A DNA stretch of 64,000 nucleotides from Lytechinus pictus (taxonomy: Eukaryota): positions 932,001-996,000 of the forward strand of contig NW_026974140.1 in NCBI RefSeq assembly GCF_037042905.1. Direction: 5' to 3'. The position numbers were made by a program, and so were the translations under genes. Positions 1 through 11,484 of this stretch are shown here, piece after piece. How positions within the stretch are numbered: position 1 is the stretch's first letter; every line of letters begins with the position of its first letter. The notes below the pieces were generated by a model. The model was given only the letters and a program-made list of their open reading frames with translations. It ran no database searches and was not told where the DNA came from.

Positions 1-277
1 TTCATGTGTAATCATTGTTGACTGTCAAACAAAGTTTTATCAATCCAGATTCCAACTTCGATTTATCATTGATCCGTCACGTTTTCAAACAATTTTTGAG
101 CTTCCGATAACGTGCAAGTATTGGCTTGTTACCCGGATAATTTTATCTAAACCAGCTGTTTCCATTATTATCAAAAAGGAGATCACACTAATTTCATAAC
201 TTAAGTTACAATTGTAAAAAGTAATTCAGATAAAAAAACATCGAAAGGGCGGGATGTCGCAAAAAAAGTATATTCAC

Positions 278-466
278 CGTCTGATTTAAACTCATCTTGT
301 GAGGCATGCCCCGTCTTGCCTGCCTTTCGTCTGTTGAATTCAGCCAAAAGTGCTTTGTATGGATTTCGCACCAGGAGAATTGCCCCGACTGCCTCAGTAC
401 GATATCGATGGGTTTTGACAGTTAGAGCCTTTCCAGAAAATGGTTCTGCACTTTCTCCTATGAAAC
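278..466 (-). CDS. WSCD1/2-like: Internal coding exon of a WSCD1/WSCD2-like sulfotransferase (3'-PAPS-binding region)
   Basis: Minus strand reads ttttttctttgtcc...ggcag|GT TTC ATA GGA... = (G)FIGESAEPFSGKALTVKTHRYRTEAVGAILLVRNPYKALLAEFNRRKAGKTGHASQDEFKSD, then G|gtgaat. The exon is 189 nt, phase 1/1, with no stops. It matches the WSCD pattern GFxGE...VKTH...AILLIRNPY..L.AEFNR. It is not in the ORF track because it has no ATG. Confidence 0.9.
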
Positions 467-637
467 CTGCCGTTATAAGTCATTGGACAAAGAAAAAATA
501 CATTAACTGACATGACTCTTCCCAAATAGATACAAGCACCCTTATCAATTTTCCGTGGTAACAAAGCCCATAACGCGACCAAAAATGAAAACAATGTCTT
601 ATAAACCCATTTTTTGTTATTGCTCTATTAACCTTAA

Positions 638-1015
638 TAGGACTAGGGACTTATTTGTTGACCGCACCGCTAGCTGACTTTTTATATAGACGGGTCAATA
701 TATGGTTTGACCCGAAACAAATTGCAACAAAATATTTTTCAACGGTTTTTGGACTTTTCGACCTCAGGAATAACATACTAAAAATCTACCAAAATCCGCA
801 TATGGGAAAGTGGTTATTTTCAAGATGGCGTCCAAGATGGCCGCCAATCACTGATAATGGATATAACTCACTCATTATCCACCCTAGAATCCTATTTAGG
901 TTAATATTCCATGGTTCAGTGGGTAAGCGAATTTATTGATACAAGTTAGAGTGAATATTAGCACTCCAGGGTACCAGGAAAATCTAAAATAGCCCCCAAA
1001 ATGACTGCCTGTCAG
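638..1015. repeat. DNA-transposon terminal fragment with AAGATGGC motifs; second copy at ~53001-53260
   Basis: gacctcaggaataacatactaaaaatctaccaaaatc...aagatggcgtccaagatggccgcc...ctcattatccaccctagaatcctattt is shared between ~760-1000 and ~53003-53250. Confidence 0.65.
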
Positions 1016-1207
1016 GGAAGAAGTTTATTGAATTTAATTCCTTTGATTAAACCCGTGTTCTGAGTTTATAAAGATAGTTCATGTGTTGTGAATATTTAAA
1101 CCTAGGTAAAAATGTACATATGTTTTGAATATTTCAAAATCAAGCGTTGGAAACGTTTGATACCCCCCCCCCCCCCCCCCCCTTATAGTACAAGTGCACC
1201 AGGTTTA

Positions 1208-2035
1208 TGTCATATTTTGTACAGGTGTTAGAAATATTTCGTATTAGGTAAGCATTTTCATACAGTTGTCATAAATAGCTAATACTGTGCTTTAGCATTG
1301 ATGAAAGTAGGTGTACAGATGCACAGAAAGTGTCTTTTATTAATAGAATGTGTTGCTTAATGCACTCATCTGTTATTGAAATTCTTTGAATTACTTTATA
1401 GAAATTTTACAGTAAGTCCTAGTAACGGTAGAGTATATTAGGAGGTTAATTTCAGTAATTCAGGGAGAACCACCTAAGCTAGAATAGACCACCGATGTTA
1501 GTATAGTCAGTCAAAGTTAAGTCTGAGGGACTACGTCGGTGACGAGATAACGACCCCAGCTGACGCCGGTTCTCCACCGACATGATTGGTCAAAATTCAT
1601 GTCATCATTGGGGGCTCGATCTCGTCCACTAATTCGTTGAAGCCACATCTCTCTGATCTGGGGGCTACTCATCAAGGGACAACACAGTCTGCGGAGGCCG
1701 AGTGGAAGAGACATCGCAAGCTGCGGAGGTCAGGAACTGGACCGACCACCAGGGCCGATTGGGGCATGTCAGGCCAGATGAGATGACGGGGGCTCAAGTC
1801 AACAATTATTGTTAAGTTAAGTTATATTTTGTTACAATATTCATGTATATTTTCATGTACAATCATTGTAAAAGAAATCAAAAGAAAACAACAGGATGAT
1901 TGAAAAGATTTGATTAAGTCTTAATGACTGTATTTATCAGTTTTACGTATTCCTTATTTGGTGTCAAGCAGCAGTAGGTAAATATTTTTTTCTTTTAAGT
2001 CACTCGCCACGTGATTATTTGGAGGTCCCACCGAG
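1208..2035 (+). mobile_element. Probable LTR of an LTR retrotransposon followed by a tRNA-Gln primer-binding site; internal region absent
   Basis: TGGAGGTCCCACCGAG at 2020-2035 is complementary to the 3' end of tRNA-Gln (...CTCGGTGGGACCT-CCA). The candidate LTR starts tgtcat at 1208; its left boundary is uncertain. Confidence 0.55.
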
Positions 2036-2455
2036 GCCTACTGTAACTTATCCATTGAAACACCGTTATACTTGAAATATTCAAAATTATTCTGGAAAGG
2101 AATTAATATATGGTCACCTTTCCATGTTTCGGAATGAGCCAGTTCGTAGTTCCATTTTGCGCATGATCAGAAGATTCTGCGCATGGTCAGAGAAAGGTCA
2201 TTTGTACTAAAGTGGCATGGTGGTTTAAAATTTAATGAGATAAGCACCAACTTTTTTGTCTTGATTATTCATATATTCTTTTCAATTGTGTTTTTCATTT
2301 GCATCCACGAAGAACAAAAATGCGTCCACGACTGGTATTTCACTGCAATTTGCCAAGTATATTGTACAACATGCTATAATATGCATTCAAAGTAGAAATG
2401 CAACAAATACCTTCATGGAGTCTTCAATGGGGCTTATTATATTCACTCGCGTTCG

Positions 2456-4674
2456 TAATCACTCGCGTCGCGTTGGTAATCACATGCGTTTTTTATTTTT
2501 GGCGATTTTTTTTTTTTTTTTTCGGTGCGATTTTTTTTAACGGTGTCTTCAATGGGACAAACACGCTGGGAAAATAAAATGAAATTGAAATTCGAGTTTC
2601 GTTTTAAGCCGGCAAGTGCCTTAAATAAGATGTACTCGACTACTGTTTTAACATAACAAACAAGCAAATCAGCCAGGTGGCTCAACTAACTTAGAATAGA
2701 TCCGGACTTCTACTGTGTCTTATACGAGGACTCCGAGTCGGAACTTGCCATATCTGCCACATCGATATTACATCGTATCGTGCCCATGTGCGGACATGCC
2801 TGCATGCAATGGCCCCAAGGCGGCCGGACCCGGCCGCGGTCGGACACGACGTGCATCGGTAGCATGGAGCAAGCTAACGTGAGTCGAGCTGAGTTAGATC
2901 CCACGTTACATATGAGGCGCCGATTGTACCAATATTATATAGAACAATTATTTGTTATATAATCATTATTCATTAAATAATAACTTTTATTTATATATAA
3001 TTTACATTCTATTTGTAAATAATTACTATTATATAAAAGAACATTTCTAATTATTTATATATAATTCCAAGTAATACTTCATTATTTGTAAATAATAATA
3101 GTTCGACATTCTATTATTTATAAATAATGATTATTCATAAATAATGGGATATTCAAACAAAAATGTTATTTATAAATAATGAAAGACGATAAATTTTCAT
3201 TATTTGTAAATAATGGGAAACTCAACAAATTATTTATAAATAAAGAAATGTGCACTGGCATTGTTAATAGATAATTATCATTTACAAATAATAGAAAACT
3301 CGACAAACTTATTCATAAATAATAAAAAAACGAATTGCAATTATTCATAAATAATGAAGTATGCAGTGTCATTAACTCATTATTTATAAATAATGAAACA
3401 CAAAAATTATTATTTATAGATAATGAAAAACAAATAATCATTATTTATAAATAATGGAATGTCGAACTATTATTATTTACAAGTAATGAAGTATTACTTG
3501 GAATTATATATAAATAATTAGAAATGTTATTTTATATAATAGTAATTATTTACAAATAGAATGTAAATTATATATAAATAATTATATAATATTCACTGGT
3601 CTTGAGGGGAACATCAAATATATTGCCAGCAAAAGAATCATATTGGCCCGAGTCTTTAGACGAGGGCAATATGGGTCTTTTAAGGGCAATATATTTGATG
3701 TTCCCCGAAAGAAGGGCAGTCAATATTTTTATTATCATCCAAATCAGATATCTAGAGCAAAAATCATGATAACAGTGATATCTTTTAAGAATAGAGTTCT
3801 GTTGTGTCATGATAATATCAGTGTCTAGGCTCTGCACTTTACCATTATGACGTACTTGCAAGCGCCCAGATCCAGCGTTGTCTTTATTATGACGTAGATC
3901 GTTGGTGCGCGGAACATTATGAAGCGTATCACTTCATTCGCATCCTCAAAGGCCCGGATGTGAGACCAGGGAAAATACAAAGGTATATTTTGCGTCGTCT
4001 CTGCATGCAAAGTCAATACACGCATTGAGACCGAGGAAAATACAAACAATATACCTATCCCTTCCTGATAATAATAAAATACAGGGAAATACGGTTTTGT
4101 AAATGACCAGCTCAGATGTCTGATACGGGTGATAATAGTTATTATTTAATGAATAATGATTATATAACAAATAATTGTTCTATATAATATTGGTACAATC
4201 GGTGCCTCATATATAACGTGGGATCTAACTCAGCTCGACTCACGTTAGCTTGCTCCATGCTACCGATGCACGTCGTGTCCGACCGCGGCCGGGTCCGGCC
4301 GCCTTGGGGCCATTGCATGCAGGCATGTCCGCATATGGGAATGATACGATGTAATATCGATGTGGCAGATATGGCAAGTTCCGACTCGGAGTCCTCGTAT
4401 AAGACACAGTAGAAGTCCGGATCTATTCTAAGTTAGTTGAGCCACATGGCTGATTTGCTTGTTTGTTATGTTAAAACAGTAGTCGAGTACATTTTACTTT
4501 AAAGCACTTAATTGCCGGCTTAAAACGAAACTCGAATTTAAATTTCATTTTATTTTCCCTGCATGTCTGTCCCATTGAAGACACCGTTTAAAAAAAATCG
4601 CACCGAAATAAAAAAAAATCGCCAAAAATTCAAAACGCGAGTGATTACGAACCCGCACGCGACGCGAGTGATTA
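2456..4674. mobile_element. Foldback/palindromic element with ~530 bp outer arms and an AT-rich inner palindrome
   Basis: 2456-2985 is the reverse complement of 4137-4674 (ORFs 2710-2904(-) and 4218-4412(+) differ by one residue). ~2988-3130 is the reverse complement of ~3438-3580. The centre is built of tcattatttataaataatga-like palindromes. Confidence 0.9.
3581..4136. mobile_element. ~555 bp insertion in the right arm of the palindrome, hairpin-headed (possibly Crypton-like, non-autonomous)
   Basis: It has no counterpart in the left arm and begins with the stem ggggaacatcaaatatattgcc...ggcaatatatttgatgttcccc. No TIRs are evident. Confidence 0.5.
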
Positions 4675-4680
4675 TAAACT

Positions 4681-4942
4681 GCCGATGATGATGGGGGTGA
4701 TGATGATGGGGGTGATGATAGGGATGATGATGATGATTGGGGTGATGATTTATTATTATCACCCCCATCATCATTATACACCCCCATCATCATCACCCCA
4801 TCATCATCATCATCCCCATCATCATCATCACCCCTATCATCATCACCCCCATCATCATCACCCCATCATCATCATCATCCCCATCATCATCACCCCCATC
4901 ATCATCATCACCCCCATCATCATCACCCCCATCATCGTCAGC
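4681..4942. repeat. Inverted compound microsatellite (GATGATGATGGGGGT)n / (CATCATCACCCC)n
   Basis: Directly visible. The strand polarity flips at ~4752. Confidence 0.9.
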
Positions 4943-5029
4943 CTCAGACATCAGCGCATACCATACCAAAGCATGTTGCTATGCTGCACGTGTTATACAC
5001 GGCCGGTGCGGATCGGAGAGAGAGGGGGG

Positions 5030-5182
5030 ATAATATTGCGTGGGAACGAAGTAATATTTCATGGGAACGAAATATTATTTTGTGGGAACGAAATAATATT
5101 GCGTGGGAATGAAATAGTATTTCGAGGGAACGAAATAAAATTTCGAGGGAATAAAATAATACTGCGAGGGAAAGAAATAATG
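5030..5182. repeat. 21-bp minisatellite, ~7 copies
   Basis: ataatattgcgtgggaacgaa-type units. Confidence 0.9.
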
Positions 5183-5197
5183 CACGGATAATTTTGC

Positions 5198-5660
5198 AGT
5201 TCAAAGGTCACAGCTCATTAAATATGCGAATTGGATTCCGCGCTATAACATGAGAAATATTTAATGGATTTTAAAATTTCTGGGTGTGAAGGTAGATGAC
5301 ACCAAAATACAGGCCAAGTTTAAATTTGGAGTCCGCAGGTCAAAGGTCACAGCTCATTAACTATGCGAGTTTTTTTCCACGCAATAACTCGAAAAATATC
5401 TAATGAATTTTAAAAATATTTGGTGTGTAGGTAGATGACACAAAAATACAGGCTAAGTTTGAATTCAGAGTCCGCTGTTCAAAAGTCACATCTCATTGAA
5501 TATACGAGTTTGTTTCCGCATGATAACTTATGGAATATTGAACAGATTACGGGGTGTAGGTAGATGACACCAAAATACAGGCTAAGTTCAAATTCAAAGG
5601 TCAAAGGTCACAGCTCATTATATATGCAAGTTGGTTCAAAGGTCTCAATTTGTTCATTGG
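5198..5660 (+). repeat. Partial ~138-bp tandem array, same family as 5949-6709
   Basis: Repeated ggtcaaaggtcacagctcattaaatatgcg...gtaggtagatgacaccaaaatacaggctaagtt. Confidence 0.8.
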
Positions 5661-5666
5661 TTGATA

Positions 5667-5884
5667 CACAGCAAAACTGTGGTATTAACCGGTGTACATA
5701 GAGGAACACACCAGTCATTTTACCCCGGTGTTAAATTGACAGTATTTAGGTGTTATTACATTTTTGGTTGTTACATTTAAAGTGGTGTTACATTAAATCT
5801 CTAGTATGTAATTTTAGCACTTCAGTCTGTGGTCCTCTATAGACACCTACTGGTGTCAGGTTTAACACCACGGTTTTTACAGTG
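5667..5884. mobile_element. MITE with CAC(A/T)G termini and TA flanks (CACTA/EnSpm-like)
   Basis: ta|cacagcaaaactgtggtattaacc ... ggtttaacaccacggtttttacagtg|ta. Confidence 0.7.
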
Positions 5885-5948
5885 TAGCAAGTTGAAAATA
5901 CAAAATTAATAGTGAGATGGTGCACCCGTGATACATGACAATTCCGGG

Positions 5949-6709
5949 TTTTTATGCCCTCGCAGACGAAGTCCGTAGGGGGCATTTAGCGTTGCCCTTG
6001 TCCGTCCATCTGTCTGTCCCCCCACTTGGTTTCCAAGCAATAACTCAAAAAATATTTAATGGATTTCAAAACTGTTTGGTGTGTAGGTAGATGACACTAA
6101 AATACAAGCTAAGTTCGAATTCGGAGTCTGCAGGTCAAAGGTCGCAGCTCATTAAATATGCAATTTGGAGTCTGCATGTAGGTCAAAGGTATCAGCTCAT
6201 TGAATATGCGAGTTGGTTTCCACGCAAAAACTCGAAAAATATTTAATGGATTTTGAAAATGTTTGGTGTGTAGGCAGATGACACCAAAATACAGGCTAAG
6301 TTTGAATTCGGAGTCCGCAGGTCAAAGGTCCCAGCTCGTTAAATATGCGAGTTGATTTCCGCGCAATAAATCGAAAAATATTTAATGGATTAAATTTGTT
6401 TGGTATGTAGGTAGATGACACCAAAATACAGGCAAAGTTTGAATTCGGAGACCGCTGTTCAAAGGTCACATCTCATTAAATATACGAATTTGTTTCCGCA
6501 TGATAACTTATGGAATATTTAACAGATTAAAAAAATGTATGGGTGTGTAGGTAGATTATATATGCAAGTTGGTTCAAAGGTCTCAATTTGTTCATTATTT
6601 ATATGCATATTGGTTTCTGCACGATATTAAATTCAATCTTATTGCATGAATTTCTGATCGCGTTCAGCGGGGGCATATTTGTCCTTTGGACACGTCGAAT
6701 TTCTAGTTT
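5949..6709 (+). mobile_element. Non-autonomous Helentron/HINE-type element with internal ~138-bp tandem repeats
   Basis: 5' tttttatgccctcgc...gggggcat followed by a (gtcc)n-like microsatellite; tandem core; 3' gcgggggcat, hairpin tgtcc-ttt-ggaca and tctagttt. Confidence 0.75.
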
Positions 6710-7912
6710 AATTTTCTTAACCGAAGGTTAAGTTTTTGAAATGACATCATTCATAACTTAGAAAGTATATGGACCTAGTTCATAAAAAATAAACATAAGC
6801 TTAATCAAGTATTACTGAACATCCTGCATGAGTTGTAATTCGAATGACCAAGGTCAAAGGTCATTTAGGGTCAATTCACTTATACCATGTTGGGGGGAAT
6901 CAACATCAAAATCTTAACCTAAGATTAAGTTTTTGAAATGTCATCATAACTTAAAAAATATATGAACCTAGTTCATGAAACTTAAACATAAGTTTACTCA
7001 AGTATTACCAAACATCCTGCCGGAGTTTCAAGTCGCAGGACTTAGGTCAAATGTTATTTAGGGTCAATGAACTTTGACCAAGTTGAGGGTATTTGGTGAA
7101 TTACCATCATAACTTTAAAAGTTTATGGATCTGATTCATATAATTTGAACATGAGAGTGATCAAGTATCATTAAACATCCTGTGCGACTTTCAGGTCACA
7201 TGGCCAAGGTCAAAGGTCATTTAAGGTCAATGAACTTTGGCCAAGTTGGGAGTATTTGTTGAATTACCATCATAGCTTCAAAAGTTTATGGTAATTATTC
7301 ATAAAAGTTGGACATAAGAGTAATCAAGTGTCACTGAACATCCTGTGCGAGCTTCAGGTCACATTATCAAGGTTAAAGGCTGTTTAAGGTCAATGAACTT
7401 TGGCCATGTTGGGAGTATTTGTTGAATCACCATCATAAATCTGTAAGTGTATTGGTCTAGTTCATAAAACTTGGACATAAGAGTAATCAAGTATCACTGA
7501 GCATCCTGTGCACATTTCAGGTCACATGACCAAGGTCAAAGGTCAATGAACTTTGGCCATAATGGGGGTATCTGTTGAATTACCATCATAACTTTGAAAG
7601 TTTATGGATCTGACTCACGAAACTTGGACATGAGAGTAATCAAGTATCACTGAACATCCTGTGCAAGTTTTAGGTCACATGTTCAAGGTCAAAGGTCATG
7701 TAAGGTCAATGAACTTTGGCCATGTTGGGGGTATTTATTGAATTACCATCATATCTCTGTAAGTGTATTGGTCTAGTTCATAAAAAGTGGACATAAGAGT
7801 AACCAAGTATCACTGAACATCTTGTGCGAGTTATAGTAGTTTTCAAAGTCAGCACTGCTGCTATATTGAATCGCGTGATGCAGGTAAGACCGCCAGAGGC
7901 ATTTCACTTGTT
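6710..7912 (+). mobile_element. 5'-truncated Tsp-like Helentron/HINE element with ~160-bp tandem core repeats
   Basis: About 7 units of ccatcataacttt...aaacttggacataagagtaatcaagtatcactgaacatcctg...caaggtcaaaggtca. The 3' end reads gatgcaggtaagaccgccagaggcatttcacttgtt. Confidence 0.7.
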
Positions 7913-7996
7913 ACTTTAATCTCGATATGCTCTCCAAATCATTAAGCAATGTAAGTATTTTTATAAAACTTTTCATTTGCTTTCATCTAACATGCA

Positions 7997-8229
7997 GATT
8001 TAAGTTATCGGAACTAGGCATTATGACTGGAACATGAAGGCAAGCAATGCAGAGGAAGCAAAATTATCTTTTATGGTGAACTCTGCGGACATCCCAATAC
8101 TTTTTTCAGATGCCCCCAGTTAAGTCAACAATGAAACTTTCCAAGAAGAGGGAAGAGGACCTATGGAAACATATCCGCCCATTTTTAGATGAGGAAAAGG
8201 TAGATCTCTTAGCACCACGGCCTTCCTGA
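7997..8229 (+). pseudogene. Possible decayed C-terminus of a DNA-transposon protein
   Basis: Frameshifted reading RFKLSELGIM.../MKASNAEEAKLSFM.../QMPPVKSTMKLSKKREEDLWKHIRPFLDEEKVDLLAPRPS*. It resembles the 'LSxERQxYLYxxIRPF...CPKP' tail recalled from invertebrate transposase-like proteins. Confidence 0.35.
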
Positions 8230-8717
8230 TAGTGGGAGGAAATAGAACACCAAATACATGTATTGTTCCTGATTTAGGTTTAACTTTAACTTAGTATCGT
8301 TTACTGAGCCTTTGAAAGGATGTCATCGTATTGTGGAAAGTTTGCTGCTTTGTCAAAAAGTGTGTTAAAAGCAGACACCAATGCGGGAATGTGTGTTATA
8401 TATCCACTCAAGTAAAATTTAAAAAGCAAAGAGCTATTCACATCTCTGACTTTTGCTGAAATTGCTGCGTAGAAGAGAGTCAATTTTAATCCCTTTCATA
8501 CATGTATCTAAAGTTAAACTCTGACTGGTATATTTTTATTGATTTTATTTATATGATGTTTACAAGTCATTGCCACTAATTAGTGACATCAGATCCCAGT
8601 GTCTTTGTGATATTTGTTAGTTTTGCAACATGCAACGCGTAATCCTTTTTATCAATACCATACACAGTAGTGCGCGTCCTCTCAGCATGATCTGACCAAT
8701 GCAGTGATGTCTTTTGA

Positions 8718-9030
8718 GGCAAGCGCACACCTTACGACCCGATTCGGCGTCACAGCTCTTGTCAGCTTGAGAGTCGCAGACCGGTCAGAGACAAGTCGCA
8801 AGGAAAACCGTAAGGATTTGACATGTCAAATCCTTATGACTGAACGGCAGGCTCATTCCAACTTCCAACCAATCAGACAGCAGAGTTGCACGACGCGTAT
8901 ATGATATACAACATGCATACGCTGTACGTAGTAAGCGCTATTTTCTCAGTTGCTATGGCAAAAAGCGCAGCATGCGTGAGTGACAGACAGCATAGCATGA
9001 AAGTCGGATCGCAAGGTGTGCGGTGTCGAG
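8718..9030. mobile_element. MITE with imperfect TIRs and a perfect 26-bp internal palindrome
   Basis: cgcacaccttacgacccgat ... gtcggatcgcaaggtgtgcg; taaggatttgacatgtcaaatcctta at 8811-8836. Confidence 0.6.
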
Positions 9031-9125
9031 GCATATGACTACCATGCGATTTAAGCTTCGACACTGCAAACCTTGTGATCCGACTACCATGCTGTCTGCT
9101 ACTCATGCATGCAATATAAGGCCAG

Positions 9126-9701
9126 GGGGTGTTTCACAAAGATTTAAGTATGACTTAGAGTCGTACTTAAAGAGAAATTCCAGTAGTTGCAGTAAACACT
9201 GATTTCATGAGAAAGTCTGTAAAACCAGGCTTAATTGTCAGTATATCATCGAGGATCTAGATCTGGTACAGTTACATAAACTGAACTTTGTGAAATCTTG
9301 AAATCTACGCTGAAAAATGTTTAGACTGAACTTCCCCAACACAGATAAGCGCACGTGGGACAGTGTATAATTCGCTTTGAGCGTCGGGCCCGACGCTCTA
9401 CCCGAATCCTGTGCTTATGTGCTGATTTCTCAGCAATTACACAATTTCTTCCAGAATCCTTTGGCACATGCGTTTTATTTATACAATTCGACACGTTGGT
9501 GGTCATTTCATTGGATTCTGTACGAACTCATTTTGATATCGTTACCAAAACTAGCATTTACCTTTAAATGCCTCATTACGTGCGATATAAAAGGCATGAC
9601 CGCATTGGTCAGGTCATGAGTAGAGGCAGCGCACTACTGCCTATTTGCGTTGGCATTAAAGTGCTACCTAAGTCATACTTAAATCGTTGTGAAACACCAC
9701 C
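9126..9701. mobile_element. Harbinger-type MITE (CWG flanks) interrupted by a Kolobok-type element
   Basis: cag|ggggtgtttcacaaagatttaagtatgactta ... taagtcatacttaaatcgttgtgaaacaccacc|ctg. Further pieces of the family lie at ~8630-8715, 9845-9975 and 10370-10650. Confidence 0.75.
9171..9563. mobile_element. Non-autonomous Kolobok-type element
   Basis: TTAA|agagaaattccagt ... actagcatttacct|TTAA: TTAA TSD with RR...YY termini. Confidence 0.75.
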
Positions 9702-9703
9702 CT

Positions 9704-11190
9704 GGTTACATTGTAAAGCCAGGTTACACTATAAGTTGTTTCAATTTTAAGCCAAGTTACTATTTAATGTTGGGTTACATTAGAAGGCAAGACTACATTA
9801 TCAGGCCATGTTACACTTTTAGTCAGGTTACACTATAAGGTCAGTGGTGTTTCACAAAGATTTTAATATGACTCTTACATGATATGCAACATGAATCTTT
9901 TTTTATCAATACCGTACGCAGTAGTTCGAGTCCTCTCAGCATGATCTGACCAATGCGGTGATGTCTTTTATACTGCATGTAAGTAGGCCTAGATTACACT
10001 TTTAGATCAGGATACCTTCTAAAGCCTTGTTGCGCTTTAAAGAAGGTAACTCTTTAAAGCAGGTTGAATTATTAGGAGAGGTTACACAATATTAGCACAT
10101 GAATCACACTTAAAATGTCTATGGAAGCCACATGATTTTTTAATTGCAGGTTACATTATAAGGCAAGGTTACACAATAAGCACAGGTATCACACTATCAG
10201 GCAACTAGGCCCAGATTACACTAAAAGATCAGGATATATTTTAAAGCCAGGTTTAAAGCAATGTTACTGTTTTAAGAAGTTAACTCTTTGCAGGTTAAAT
10301 TATAAGGCCAGGTTACACAATAAGCACAGGTATCACACTTTAAAGCCTATCAAAGCCAGATTACTTCAAAAAGATTTAATTATGACTTAGAGTCGCACTT
10401 AAATGCCTAGTTTTGCGCGGTATAAAAGCCATGACCGCATTGCGCATTAGTCAGATCATGCAAAGAGGACGCGCACTTTTGCGTATTGATGAATTAGATT
10501 GCGCGTTGCATTTCAGATACGCGTCAGGATTTAAGTGCGATTTAAGTGATATATAAATCTTTGTGAAACACCCCCCACGTTACCAATACCGTACGCAGTA
10601 GTGCGAGTCCTCTCAGCATGATCTGACCAATGCGGTGTTTCTTTTATACTGCACGCAAGTAGGCCCAGATTACACTTATAGATCAGGATACATTCTAAAG
10701 CCAGGTTAAACTCTAAAGCCTGGTTATGCTTTAAAGAAGGTAACTCTTTATTAAAAGCAGGTTGAATTATTAGGCCAGGTTACACAATAAGCACATGAAT
10801 CACACTTAAAAGTCTATGGAAGCCACATGACTTTGAAATTGCAGGTTACATTATAAGGCAAGGTTACACAATAAGCACAGGTATCACACTATCAGGCAAC
10901 TAGGCCCAGATTACACTAAAAGATCAGGATATATTTTAAAGCCAGGTTTAAAGCAAGGTTACTGTTTTAAGAAGATAACTCTTTGCAGGTAAACTATTAG
11001 GCCAGGTTACCCAATAAGCACGGGTTTCAAACTTTAAAGTCTATTAACAAAGCTAGATTACTTTTTAATTTCAGGTTATATTGTAAGGCCCGGTTACACT
11101 ATAAGTTGTTTCAATTTTAAGCCAAGTTATTATTTAATGCTAGCTCACATTACAAGGCCAGGCTACATTATTAGGCCATGTTACACCTTA
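9704..11190. repeat. Degenerate ggttacac minisatellite with a ~680-bp tandem duplication
   Basis: caataccgtacgcagtag...ctctcagcatgatctgaccaatgcggtg starts at both ~9907 and ~10584, and the following ~450 bp are collinear. Confidence 0.8.
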
Positions 11191-11484
11191 ATTCCAGAAG
11201 CTACTGCTATATCAGACTTTGTTCTTGTATTAAAAGTCTTCAGATTACTAAAATAAAGTGGTCATAAAACTGTCTGGGAGTTATGCTTAATGTTATACCT
11301 AAAAAGCCATTTGTGACTTTGAGGATTTTTTTCACTTTTATTTTTGGGGGGATTTTTTAAACAAAAACATCGCGCTGATCATTTCATGACTTTTTTCGCA
11401 AAAGAATGCAGGCAAGAATAAAACCTGCAAAATAAACATTTCTAATTATATGCATTCTAATTTTATATGAATTAAACAAGGATC

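Noticed and set aside
1163..1182. Long poly-C run (many similar C/G runs occur across the window)
   Set aside because: Common homopolymers, mostly parts of repeat termini; lengths are unreliable.
2710..4412. Duplicated 64-aa ORF pair as a gene
   Set aside because: A consequence of the inverted arms; GTG start and no recognisable domain.
4545..5204. His/Pro-, Met/Gly- and Ser-rich ORFs up to 168 aa
   Set aside because: Translations of micro- and minisatellites.
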